DNA from: Eledone cirrhosa
Lineage: Eukaryota
NCBI GenBank assembly: GCA_964016885.1
Contig: OZ024741.1
Coordinates: 190,898,001-190,962,000 of the forward strand
Direction of reading: 5' to 3'
Length of the DNA: 64,000 nucleotides
How positions within the stretch are numbered: the first letter of the stretch is position 1; each line of letters begins with the position of its first letter. Of this stretch, positions 42,202 to 54,038 are shown piece by piece. The translations under genes were made by a program, and so were the position numbers. The notes under the pieces are model-generated. The model did no database searches and was not told the origin of the DNA. It saw only the letters and a program-made list of their open reading frames with translations.

Positions 42202-42703
42202 ATGCTATAAATATGTACCTTCCACCACCTCCGTAACTTTTCCCCACATCGATGATTCTGGCTGTTGAGTCATACTTAAGATATTACAGTTTTCCCACAG
42301 AAAAAAAGCTCCTGGGCTACAGATCTACTTCTACAGATAGGAGGAGGTGGAGGTGGAACTATTCAAAATATTGGGTGTGGGATAAAGAAATATTAGATCT
42401 CTGATAAAAGATCTATTAGTACTGCAATTATCATGGGTATTTCTGTCATGTAAGTATTTTGTTGTTCAATTAATGATAGAATCAGTTTGCCTTTTCTGCT
42501 TGACAAGAGAACCAAGCCTTCAAGAGAAGCAATGTTTTGCCATTGTTTACAATGAAATACATAAACTTCCTTCTGTAAAACAGGGTGCAACCCACTGAAC
42601 GTGACTGATTCCTGATCTGGAACTTTCTACAGTCAGCTTCTAATGTTATTGGAGTAGTTCTTGCTTCATTTTAGACAGCATCTGTTTATCCAAGACACCT
42701 CTA

Positions 42704-42811
42704 TTGTTGTTGTTGTTTTAGTTGTTGCTGTTGTTGTCATTGTTGTTGTTATCGTTGTTATTGTTGCTGTTGTGGTTGTCATTGTTGTTGCCATTTTCAT
42801 TGCTGTTGTTG
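42704..42811. repeat. Imperfect (GTT)n trinucleotide tract
   Basis: ttgttgttgttgttttagttgttgctgttgttgtc... Confidence 0.9.
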
Positions 42812-43536
42812 TATCACCAACTAACATGATTCATTACTTCACATAATATAAACTCCACTCCACAAACGATCTCCCCCACCCCGCCCTTACTCTGCCTTTC
42901 TCAGCTGACCCCCTGTACCAAATAAAAAATGAGAAAATAACAAAAAGAAATGGCAAGTAAAAAAAAATGTTTAACTGTGGAGTGTGGTGCTTCTTAATGT
43001 AATGTGTAAGTGTCTGTCTGTGTCAGGGGGTGGTTGCATATGAGTGTGTGGGTGTATGTGGGGAGGTACATGTGAGTGTGTGGGTGTACGTGGGGAGGTA
43101 CATGTGAGTGTGTGGGTGTATGTGTGTGTATGGGGGGGGGGGGTACATGTCAGTGCGTGAGCGTATGTGAGGTGTAATTGTTTATATAATAATATGTAGA
43201 GAGAATGAGAGAGAGAGAAATAAAGTGTGAAGGAACGAAGGATAAAGTAAGAGAGAGAGAGAGGGAGAGAGGGGGGGGTAGTTGGGGGTAGGATAGTGGT
43301 GGTGGCGGGATATTGTTTATTGAAATATTTTCTATTCTTGGAAATACAGAAATATCATCATCATCATCATCATCAACACCATCATCGCCACTACTACTAT
43401 TTTTATTTTGTCACTTGTTATGTTGTTGTCTACCAATATATATACGTATATATATGTGTGTGTGTACATATTCATACACACACACATATATATATATGTA
43501 TATATAAATATATGTATACATATGTATATATATATG

Positions 43537-43568
<32 letters not shown>

Positions 43569-43583
43569 TATACATATATGTGT

Positions 43584-43761
43584 ATCCCGGGTTCAATCGG
43601 GGGGTAATCGCAGTAATTAAGGTACTCAATACATAGAAGAGTATATACAATATCTGATATAGAAATGGCTTCTACAGGACTACAACTGTTTCATTCGAAG
43701 AAAATCATCAGGTTCCTTTGAATGAAACAGTTCTAGTCCTGTAGAAGCCATTTCTATGTCA

Positions 43762-43767
<6 letters not shown>
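43584..43767 (-). mobile_element. Short fold-back pLTR element with a minimal hammerhead ribozyme
   Basis: Arms about 43649-43700 and 43714-43767 are inverted, with a single-copy tail at 43584-43648. The minus strand reads CTGATGA-ttttcttcgaat-GAAAC-agtt-GTA. Flanked by (TA)n. Confidence 0.7.
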
Positions 43768-43826
<59 letters not shown>

Positions 43827-43914
43827 CGATCGATTGACTTTTGTCAAATCGGACTGAGGAAACAACGTTTCCGTTAGTCTTTCCAGTTGCTAGTACTAGC
43901 TATCGGTCGCAACT

Positions 43915-43998
43915 CCAGGTAGAAGGAGCAACGGGAAATAAAGTGTCTTGCTCAAGGAAATAACGCATCGCCCAGTATTATGTCTTTGAGCAAGACAC
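43915..43998. mobile_element. Fragments of a second SINE family in inverted arrangement
   Basis: aagtgtcttgctcaaggaaataacgc followed by its inverse tgtctttgagcaagacac, a motif typical of invertebrate tRNA-SINE bodies. Confidence 0.45.
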
Positions 43999-44020
43999 AC
44001 ACACACACACATATATATAT

Positions 44021-44415
44021 ATATTAAAATACAAATATTAATAAAATAGATGTTCTTTTGATCAATTAAATTTTATTATACATATTTCAGAGGTACAACA
44101 GTACGTCCTCATCAGACAAAATATAATGATACATGATTGAGTTTTTTCTTAGGTTAATCACTACCTTGATTAAATCTTAACCATTTAACATCTCAGGGTA
44201 TGTCATGTATCATTATATTTTGTCTGATGAGGGCGTACTGTTGTACCTCTGAAATATGTATAATAACATTTAATTGATCAAAAGAACATCTATTTTATTA
44301 ATATTTGTATTTTAATATTAATAACTCTGGAAAATTATTTTGTTTGTAGAGTGCTTCCAATCTACTGTAAAACTCATTCTTTGATGTACTCATAGAATCT
44401 TGTTTAACTCTTTAA
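44021..44415 (+). mobile_element. Fold-back pLTR element: about 115-bp inverted arms, hammerhead in each arm, single-copy tail
   Basis: 44021-44136 is the reverse complement of about 44203-44318; tail 44319-44415; (TA)n on both sides. Confidence 0.85.
44217..44269 (+). ncRNA. Minimal type I hammerhead ribozyme (mirror copy on the - strand at about 44070-44122)
   Basis: attttgt-CTGATGA-gggcgtac tgtt gtacctct-GAAAT-atgt-ATA-ataacat; stem I, stem II and a short stem III can all be paired by eye. Confidence 0.75.
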
Positions 44416-44431
44416 TATATATATATATATG

Positions 44432-44820
44432 TAACACAGTAAAGAGAGATATGTGCGTTATTTAGTCTTCTAAGAAATTTAGTAGTGAAGGGATTACTGG
44501 TTTTGAACATCCATTGAAAAGCATCGAACAAGTAACTCTCTTCACTGAATTGCCAAACAGTTCTACTTTAAAGCTGTCTGGATGTTGATAATTATCATAG
44601 TCGTTTCGTATACCTTGATTTATCCTTTTAATTGAGTTCTGTGAACCATACTATCTTTAGTCAGTATTTTCTTCAAACTGGCAATTTGCGTCCCTTGCGA
44701 TTTGAACACATTTATAAATATATATATGTGTTCATCTCTCTTTACTGTGTTATAAGGCTTGGAAAACTTTTTCCTTGAGCTAATTTGATTATATGGGACT
44801 ATTGTCAGTTTTTAACTCAA
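44432..44820. mobile_element. Probable PLE-derived element with 19-bp inverted ends plus tail
   Basis: taacacagtaaagagagat (44432-44450) vs atctctctttactgtgtta (44734-44752); tail to 44820, then short TA run. The minus strand encodes LKKILTK, weakly like the PLE linker. Confidence 0.45.
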
Positions 44821-45164
44821 TATATATTTTTGCGGGCCCCCGGGGGTTGGGCAGCGAGATTTGTTGGCTCTGTATCTGTGAGAGTGTGGAGATCCTAAAG
44901 CTACGTGGGCCAGCGATCGACTCTAAGTTCGAGATCCTGAGTAATTGTCTGCATAGAAGGACCCATCTCTTCAACGGTGTGTACACAGTGAGGGGCCGAT
45001 GTCTTACGTAGGGGGCTACAAACCCTGTCTTACTACTGTAACCCCATTACTTGTCTCAAAACACCAACATCCCCTTTTTCTTGCATTTTTGAGTGTATTT
45101 TTGTGATGTGTATATATGTATATGTATGTGATTGTAAGCGTATATGTGTGTGTGTGTAAGCGTA

Positions 45165-45780
45165 TATCTATGGCCAGGTCACCAGTTGGTGCTACTGGTA
45201 ACATGTATCCCAATACAACCTGTCTCATGGTCGGGTCGTTTGCGACTAAACTGGCAACCCCACCAAGGTTTCTTGGTGAGGAGGGTGACTTTGGACATCC
45301 TGCAGGACTAAAAACAAAACCTGTCAAAGGGCAAAGGAGCTCTTAAGAGTCAATGGCCATCCAAAATCACCGGGAGAGATGACCCCTTAGCCTTTGTCAA
45401 GGCAGAATTCTAGGAGAAGGAAAACTCTGATATAACACCTGCAACTCTGATGGTATCCAATGATGTTGACTTGTTCTTCTTTTTGGTAAATATCATCTTG
45501 GTTAAGAGAGTCGGACTGGCGTTGTGCAGTGCCTTTGCTCACTATAAAGGCTTCACGGCACAGGCATTGCTTTATATCTGGAGATCTCTCTGCACTTGTC
45601 GTCACATGGTACCATGGGCCCAGCACTATGTGTCAATAATTGTCACAAGTGTAGTGTTTGTACCAGAGTTTTCAAGTCGCTGGCTGGACTAAAAAGCCTC
45701 ACTCGTTCAGCGCATCGGTAGGGGTTCTCCTACATAGATATAAAGTAGTGGCAGTACTCGAAAACGAGTTGGCAGCCACC
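45165..45780. mobile_element. Probable interspersed repeat (LINE 5' region-like), family not determined
   Basis: More GC-rich island bounded by microsatellites. The gcgactaaactggcaacccc and ggagaaggaaaactctga motifs resemble LINE 5' UTR sequence from recall; no diagnostic protein motif seen. Confidence 0.35.
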
Positions 45781-45781
45781 A

Positions 45782-45820
<39 letters not shown>

Positions 45821-46051
45821 TTGTGTGTATATATATATATGTGTGTGTATATGTATGTATATTTGTATGTATGTGTATATATGGGTATATATGTATGCGT
45901 GAATATATGTGTATATATGTATGTGTATATGTATATATGTATGTGTATATGTATATATGTATGTGTATATGTATATATGTATGTGTATATGTATATATGT
46001 ATGTGTATATATGTATGTATGTGTGTATATATGTGTGTATATGTATGTGTA

Positions 46052-46108
<57 letters not shown>

Positions 46109-46152
46109 AAATAACAGGAGGCTGGTCTTGTGTAATTCTTTAAAATGTTTAT

Positions 46153-46213
46153 TATACTATGATCATTTCAGTGACCGGGTTCAGTATGAATCCGGTGACA
46201 TCATCAGGTATTC
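46153..46213 (-). ncRNA. Minimal type I hammerhead ribozyme in a solo pLTR fragment (about 46105-46292)
   Basis: Minus strand: atac-CTGATGA-tgtcaccggattca tac tgaacccggtcact-GAAAT-gatc-ATA-gtat, with palindromic stem/loop III (ATGATCAT) as in PLE minimal hammerheads. Confidence 0.8.
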
Positions 46214-46766
46214 GAAATTTAACAAAGGAATACAATAGACAAAATCCATGGGGCTGAAAATTTAGCAGCTTCTAGCCCGGTCAGCCGCCCTCATATATAT
46301 CATAATAATAATAAAATGTGGAGAAGGAACGGCCATTTGCCTCCTCCAAGAATAAACATCTTCAAGCGATCTTTGCCTAAAAACAATGTTTTAACTGCTT
46401 ATCTTCAAAAACCATGTTTGTAAAAATTATTATTCTTTCTTCCTCATTAACTTAACATGTTTAACATCACCTTATTTTCTCTTCTACATTTTGTACAAAC
46501 ACAAATTCCTTTTTTTTCTCTCCCACTCACATAATTTGAAAATGCATAAAATGCTGAAACCAGTAATTGATAATTATTAATTAAATAAATTAATAAATAA
46601 ATAATCAATGCTATTGTTAATTAATAAATAAATAAATTAATACTTTGACACCCCACACAAAGTAAAATAATTTGTTTTAAACATTTTCTAACCCAGAAAA
46701 AGGAAAAAAATAGCAGAAAAAAAATGTTTTTCTTCCTAATAATCGTTTTTTTCTCTCTCTCCCCCA

Positions 46767-46848
<82 letters not shown>

Positions 46849-47134
46849 CAGTGGTACTATTATGTTTCCACCATTGTATTGTAATGGCACATAATAGTAC
46901 CACTTATGTGTGATGAAAGAACTTTGATAGACTATATATATATATATATTTATATCTGTATTTTTAACAATTGGTCAATCAATGATAAACATTGATTGCC
47001 AGATAAATTAACTATGGAGATATAAAAGATACAGAAGCGAAAACCAACCCAAATCAAACTAAGTGTCTTCTATTACTATTTCTAGCAATATTATAACAAT
47101 ATGATCCTCCCCAAATATAAGAATATAAGAATAT

Positions 47135-47209
<75 letters not shown>

Positions 47210-47507
47210 ATGATATTAAATAAATGGAAAACTAAATTTATAAAACCATATTTATTCTATTATATATATTTCAAGGGTACCAACATTTTGGTACGCTATC
47301 ATCAGATAAAATACGAAGTGTGTTTTATAAATTTTGACATAACCAAGGAGAATATACCTTAACGGTTCAAGATTTCCTTGGATAGTGAAGGGATAAGAGA
47401 AGAAAAGTCAGATATTTCAAATTATTAAGATGAGTATGCAAATGAGGTTTATGTAAATGGGCTGAAAAAAACGTTATTTTAGACGCTATGGAAAATTTAA
47501 ATAATTG

Positions 47508-47686
47508 TTTCTACTTTAGGTACAAGGCCAGCAATTACCCAGTGCATTACTGGCACTTTATTTTATCGACCCCGTAAGGATGAAAGGCAAAGTCAACCTC
47601 GGCGGGATTTGAACTCAGATCGTAAAGGGATGTAACTATGCTGGAAAGCATGGGGTCCGACCCTCTACCGATACTGCCAATCCACC
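47508..47686 (-). mobile_element. tRNA-derived SINE nested in the PLE 3' UTR
   Basis: Close reverse complement of 58744-58918. Confidence 0.9.
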
Positions 47687-48704
47687 AATTATGATAAGTT
47701 ATTGTATGCGTAGGAAAGAAGAGCTAGCATTTACGTTAATTCGGGAAAAAAAAATGATTCCAGAGTTTAAATTTAAATTTATTTACCTATATTATGAGTT
47801 ATAATATTGTATATATAATCAATTAGATTATCTGAAGAATTATGGTTGTAAGTATTTTTATCTTATTATATTATGATAGGTTATATGTATATAAATACCA
47901 TATAGATTAATAATTGCGTATTATAGAGATAGAGATAATTTACAATTATTAGTTGTTTATATATCAAATATGAGTTACGAAGGAAGTTGATTTTGTATTT
48001 TACTTAAAAATAGGTGGTTCAAATTGTGAGAGTAGAACAATTTGTGGATTCAAAATTTTGTTCAACATTGAAAATGTTTTCAGAATATTGTTAATTTAGC
48101 GAAGTTATATAGATTACCAAACATAATATGTTTATGTTTGCACGATTGAGAAAGGAAAGATAACTCCAATTTTTTTTTTGTTAACCGTTAAATTTGATGA
48201 GTGATTTACTCCAAAATATATAGAGAAAATTATATATTATTTTATGTGAGATCCATTATTTCAGTCGAAAGATGTGTGAATGTTTGAATAACAAAAAGAG
48301 AGAGGAAAAATGTAATGCGCTTTTCGAAGATCTATCATTAAGAGGATAAATTTTCAGAATGTCATTTAAAGATTATCAATCTACATCTAGAAAATATATT
48401 TAGAGGACTGTCCTTAGAAAAATAATGTCAGAATTAAAAATAATTTCAGAATTAAAATAATGTCGGAAATTAAAATATTAATATATATATTAAAAATATT
48501 ATAAATATTAGAGATATTAAAAAATTTAGAAATATTAAAAATATTAAAATATAAAAAATATAAAAAATATAAAAAATATAAAAAATATAAAAAATATAAA
48601 AAATATAAAAAATATAAAAAATATAAAAAATATTAAAAATATTAAAAAAATTTACATTTAAATTTTAAAAAAGGTAAGATCATTTTGAAGGTGTATAGGA
48701 ATAT

Positions 48705-49905
48705 TATAAATTAAAAATAGTTCTGAACGTGGAATTTTGGCGATGTCTGCAAGAAGAAAATAATTTTGTTCTGAGATTAATAGAGTTTTGACAGTTAATT
48801 ATATAAAAAAATTTCTTCGATACACAATTTACAGAATCTTGATAAAGCCATATTTCGGTATGCAGGTGCTTTCGAAATCGTTCTCCACGATATTGAATAG
48901 TCTATATTGTTGTCTTTTAAATTCCAAATTAGATGTGAAAGTGAAGTAGAAGATTTTTTATCAGATCTCTTAAATGTATGATTATGGTTATTCCAGCGTT
49001 CTTTAAATTTTGTTGAAGTGGCACCAACATAGTTAAACATTTTGTCACTAGTTTTAACTGTGCATTTATAAACTACGTTTTTGTCTAAACAATTATTTTG
49101 TAATGGGCAGTTTGATTTGATTCTACAGTTACATTTACGGGAGTTATTGTTGTTCAGAACGGTACTATTATTCTGAATATTGTTGTTAGAAATATTATTA
49201 TTGCTATTTTGGCTAGTTTGGTTAGGGTTTAAATTTAAGTTTCTTTTATTAATTCTATTTATATTTTGTGCTATGTTCATAGTAATAGAGGAGGATAGTT
49301 TTATAGTGTGTCTTTTAAAAATAGAGTGGTATCTGTGGACTTTAGGAAAACATTTATCTAGTGCTTTAAAGAATAGCTTTGCTAAAGGTGTTTTAACGCT
49401 AAAGGTGTTTTAACGCTAAAGGTGTTTTAACGCTTAATGAGAATGGGTGAGAGTACCAAATAATATTTCTAGTTCTAGTTTTTTTGTTTGGTTTGGTGTT
49501 TAAGTTAATACTAGGATGATATGTCATGTTATTGTTATCTATGTAATTAATTCTAGTTGAGTATCCTGCTCTATGTAAAGCTTCATTATAATATTCAGCC
49601 TTCTCATCAAAAATATTTTTATTAGCGGAGATGCGTGAAATCCGTTGTTGGACGCTATTGACAATAGTGTTTTTAATACTTCTAGGATAATTAGAATTGA
49701 AACTTACATAATTTAGATTTTCGTTAATTTTATGGAAAGGATAGTAAAGACCTGTTCTAAGAAGTTAACGATTTGGTAGTTATTTTTATTTCTAACTTAA
49801 GATTGTAGCTGTTGAAAAATTGTATTATGGATTTTCTTTTCCTATTAATTTCACTATTGCTATGGTTTTCAATTAGAAGCAACATACCGTCACGATATAA
49901 ACCTC
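48705..49905 (-). pseudogene. Disrupted PLE ORF: RT palm/thumb plus GIY-YIG endonuclease
   Basis: Minus strand: GLYRDG (degenerate YRDD), YYPFHKINENLNYVSFNSNYP...QRISRISAN...YNEALHRAGY, RNIIWYSHPFS, then CNCRIKSNCPLQNNC-VVYKC...YVGATSTKFKERWNNH...FCKLC and, after a frameshift, NLRTKLFSSCRH. A 17-bp unit triplicated at 49381-49431 breaks the frame. Confidence 0.92.
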
Positions 49906-50032
49906 TGCATACTCATCTTAATAATTTGAAATATCTGACTTTTCTTCTCTTATCCCTTCACTATCCAAGGAAAACTTGAACCGTTAAGGTATATTCTCCT
50001 TGGTTATGTCAAAATTTATAAAACACACTTCG

Positions 50033-50093
50033 TATTTTATCTGATGATAGCGTACCAAAATTTTGGTACCCTTGAAATATATATAATAGAATA
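50033..50093 (+). ncRNA. Minimal type I hammerhead ribozyme (mirror copy on the - strand at about 47253-47313)
   Basis: tattttat-CTGATGA-tagcgtacca aaattt tggtaccctt-GAAAT-atat-ATA-atagaata; 8-bp stem I with one GU pair, palindromic loop III. Confidence 0.82.
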
Positions 50094-50230
50094 AATATGG
50101 TTTTATAAATTTAGTTTTCCATTTATTTAATATCATTGTATATTATACTCCAGAAAACTTGTCGAATGCTCTGAATCAATTATAAACATTTATATTTGCT
50201 GAATTACCACCAAATTGAATATCCCTTCTG

Positions 50231-50287
<57 letters not shown>

Positions 50288-50290
<3 letters not shown>

Positions 50291-50669
50291 TAGCGTATTT
50301 TGCAATACACTGTATGCTTAATTAAAAGCATTTTGAAGACCTTATGCTATTGTTTTAAAGTAGTGACTATGTCGCTTACTTCTATTTTCAGCAAACAAGG
50401 GGAGATGAGCTGACATAGCGCGGTTTCGTACTGTTGGTACTTATCAAAGCCTAGCACTCCTCCTGTTTGCTGCAAATTATGAATGTTGGATTCTTATAGA
50501 ATTCCAGTAATAATCAGGAACTGATTATACAGAGCAGTTGCCGGTCCAGCAAAAAATGGAAATTAGAATTGGTGCTCTGAAATAGCGATATATATATATG
50601 AATGTATATATAGTGTATTTTGAAATACACTGTATGCTTAATTAAAAGCATTTTGAAGACTTTACGCTA
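50288..50669 (-). mobile_element. Non-coding 320-bp unit with about 60-bp terminal direct repeat and a variant hammerhead (retrozyme-like)
   Basis: 50291-50349 repeats at 50611-50669 (offset 320). Long hairpin 50389-50472 encloses, on the minus strand, ggct-TTGATAA-gtac caaca gtac-GAAAC-cgcgctat-GTC-agct. (TA)n on both sides. Confidence 0.6.
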
Positions 50670-50789
<120 letters not shown>

Positions 50790-50815
50790 ATATATATATA
50801 AATATATATATACTA

Positions 50816-52716
50816 TGGTCATCCGGATAGTAAACCAAGTATTACAGAATGGGGTCATACCAAATGACTGGCGTAGCAGCATCATCGTTAACTGGTACAA
50901 GGGTAAAGGAGATGCTCTAGATAGGGGAAACTATAGAGTTAGTTGACCAGGTCATGAAGGTCACAGAAAGAGTTATAGCACAACTAATCAGAGATCGAAT
51001 TGATCTAGATGAAATGCAGTTTGGGTTTGTGTCAGGTAAAAGTACCACAGATGCTCTTTTCCTTGTACGACGACTAGAGAAGTACCTAGCTAAAAGTAAA
51101 CCCCTCTACTTAGCTTTTGTTGACTTGGAGAAAGCCTTTGACAGAGTCCCACGCTCCATTAAAAAGGGGCCCTTAAAAAGCTAGGAGCAGATTAATGGCT
51201 TGTGAGAGCTATACAAGCCATGTATAAAGATACAGTCAGCAAGGTTAGAATTAACAATGAATATAGTGAAGAATTTAGCGTAAACGTTGGTGTTCATCAA
51301 GGCTCTGTCCTTAACCCCCTGCTGTCTATTATGGCCTTTCAGGGTATAACAGATGAGTTTAAGACCTGCTGCCCATGGGAACTTCTATATGCAGATGATC
51401 TAACTCTCATAGCTGAATCTATTGCTGAACTAGAAAGGAAATTCCAAACATGGAAGCATGGCCTAGAATCAAAAGGCCTTAAAGTTAACTTGTCTAAGAC
51501 TAAAGTTCTAGTATGTAGAAAGGAAAATAGGGCACAGATGGCCTCTGGGAAATGGCCATGCTCAGTATGTAGGAAAGGAGTATGTAGAAATTCCATTCTA
51601 TGTCCCAAATGCAAACTATGGGTACATAAAAGATGTAGTGGGATCACAGGCAAGCTATCTAAGAACGTACATTTTATATGCGGCCGATGCTCAGGTGCAA
51701 TAAGTAGCCAGTGCCCACAGGATACTAGCTTCTTCTACTGCCCAGATGGTTCTATAGAAATAGTAGACACTTTCCGTTACCTGGGTGACAAAATCAGCAG
51801 TGGTGGAGGGTGCTCTGAAAGTACAGTAGCCAGAGTTAGAACAGGAGGGAAAAAGTTCAGAGAGCTTATACCATTGTTGGCCACAAAAGGTTTCTCTCTA
51901 AAAATGAAAGGCAGATTGTATGATGCTTGTATACGAACAGCAATGGTACATGGCAGTGAGACATGAGCATTGTGTGCAGAGGACCAGCGCAGACTGGAAA
52001 GGAACCAAGCATGCATGCACCGTTGGATGTGTAATAGTAATGTACATGAACGGCAAAACATAAATGAACTAAATGAGAAATGAAGAATAAGAGGGATCAG
52101 ATGCTGTTTACTTGAGAGAAGATTACATTGGTATGGTCACGTGATGCGCATGAAAGACGATAGCTGTATAAAAAAGTGCAGGGCAATCAAAATTGATGGT
52201 AGGCCCAGAAAAACCTGGGATGACATGATCAATTCTGACCTTGCACACTTACACAATGTCACTGGATCGAGATCTCTGGCATCACACAGTAATACAGAAG
52301 ACCTGCCTTCTACGTGCAAATTTAACCTACAGTCAGTAGGCCCCTCCAACCCAAACATACACCCCAACCAACTAACCCTACTCCATCCTCCCACTCCCAC
52401 CAACACCACCCTTTCTCTGTAAAGTTATGTTGGTACCACAACACCCAGTCCAAACTAATGAGGTCGTGTAGGTGTCACGACAAATAAACACACAGTCCAC
52501 GCTGTAATATGGCCGTGTAGGTAACACGGTAAAAAGCTCCCAGTCCACACTGTAAATGTGGTTGGTGTTAGGAGGGCATCCAACCGTAGAAAACCTGCCA
52601 GATAGTCCTATACGAGCGAGACACGGTCACCCGACCAATCTTGCCTCAAGTGGGACAATTGAGCGTCTAACCCATGTTAGCATGGAAGATAGACGTTAAG
52701 CTATGATGATGATGAT
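50816..52716 (+). mobile_element. 5'-truncated, disrupted RTE-clade LINE (RT domain, Cys-rich insert, 3' UTR, (GAT)n tail)
   Basis: Motifs QFGF, LYLAFVDLEKAFDRV, GVHQGSVLNP, LLYADD, GLKVNLSKTKV, FRYLG and RLHWYGHVMR, with several stops and frameshifts; starts right after (TA)n. Confidence 0.96.
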
Positions 52717-52728
52717 ATATATATATAT

Positions 52729-53532
52729 AACGAAGGAAGTGTGGTAAGGAACCAGATGGACCATAACGCACCAGAGTACTCAATACTTAGGGTAGTAGAG
52801 TGGGTAATAGCAAAATGTTTAACCTCGACGGCGTGGTAATAAATAGCCGAACTTTTCAAGGGGTAATTCCTTATATGGGAAGATTGTAGTTGTCAAAAGG
52901 ATTGGTAAAAATTTCTTGTAAACACAATTAAGTCATTCTTGGTGGTAGGTGGGAGGTGGGGTGGCTGAACTTACCTGTAGAATAATGAGGGAGTGGGTGG
53001 AGCCGATCAAGCATTGAAAGTGAATTCTATACAGCAAATTCTAAGGAGTGTCTATGAGATTATGCTAGGTAGAAAGCAGGCGAAAAAAATTCTGGGGGAA
53101 TATGAGAGTGGAACGTTATAAAGTTAAAAGGTTATTAAATTGAGATTAAAAGATAATAAATAAAAAATAATAAAAAAATGTTTAGTAGTAACAAATAATA
53201 AAAAAAATCTCTAGAGTCTAAAGCAGCTGCTATATTTTTAGCTGGTATTGCGTTTTCGGCCAATGCTATATAGAATTTACTGGGGTGGGGGTACAGAGGC
53301 TACAAAAGCCCGATGGGCTGCCTCAGGGTAGGCGAAAGAGGAACAGGAAAAGAAAGGGGAGAGGGAGTGGGAGGAAGTGAAAAGAAGAGATAAAGGGAAA
53401 AAGAAAAGAAGTACATCTTGAATTACCCCTTGAAAAGTTCGGCTATTTAATACCACGCTAAAAATTCTAATTTAGTTCAGAAATAGCCGTCGAAACGACT
53501 TGAGCTCTGCCGTCGGGGTTAAAGATTTTCCT
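52729..53532 (+). mobile_element. Fold-back pLTR element with variant-core hammerhead; same family as 57991-58180
   Basis: 52831-52870 is inverted relative to 53420-53458, and 52809-52832 relative to 53509-53533. The tail 52729-52808 is near-identical to 57992-58070. TA runs on both sides. Confidence 0.8.
53425..53519 (+). ncRNA. Type I hammerhead ribozyme with U3-A8 core
   Basis: ACCCC-TTGAAAA-gttcggctattt...aaatagccgtc-GAAAC-gacttgagctctgcc-GTC-GGGGT; 5-bp stem I, 9-bp stem II, 3-4 bp stem III. Confidence 0.65.
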
Positions 53533-53845
53533 ATATATATATATATTTGAAATAAAAAAGGAAAAGAATGACTTCACTTGTATTGTTAAATAATTTGATT
53601 TAATTTTATAATATTATGAGTTGGTAGATCTAGTAAGTTCTTTGTTAACTTCGGTGGGAAGAATTTTAAAGATTCCTGGTTAACTTTGTTGGAGAACTTT
53701 CTCGCATTCGTCGGTGGCGATTGTCAAACTGAGATCAGGTTGTGTTGAGATGTGTGACTATATATATAAGAGAGATTTGGATGTGTCTGGGGTGTGGGGT
53801 GTGGTGTTAATGAGTGTTGATGAAGATTTGGAGGAATTAAAGCAT

Positions 53846-53916
<71 letters not shown>

Positions 53917-54038
53917 GTATGTATGTATGATATATATATATATAATACATATAAAATGTGTGTGTGGTTATGTGTGTGTATATATGTATGTGTATGTGTG
54001 TATATATATGTGTATATATATATATATGTGTGTGTATA

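Larger units (their letters stand above)
47207..50233 (-). mobile_element. 5'-truncated Penelope-like retroelement (RT + C-terminal GIY-YIG, possibly Nematis-like) with inverted pLTR
   Basis: 234-bp inverted arms 47207-47440 and 49906-50139, each with a hammerhead; tail 50140-50233; (TA)n on both sides; coding remnants on the minus strand. Confidence 0.93.

Noticed and set aside
42336-42456. Candidate exon between ttctacAG and cat|GTAAGT
   Set aside because: Stops in all three frames.
43296-46143. ORFs rich in Y/I/C/V/M/H/T (also 50667-50900, 56487-58600, 60395-63374)
   Set aside because: Translations of (TA)n, (TG)n, (CA)n microsatellites or the 76-bp satellite.
51339-52409. Minus-strand ORFs over the RTE (also 40113-40646, 49180-49413, 55310-55591)
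   Set aside because: Antisense shadows of retroelement coding or UTR sequence.
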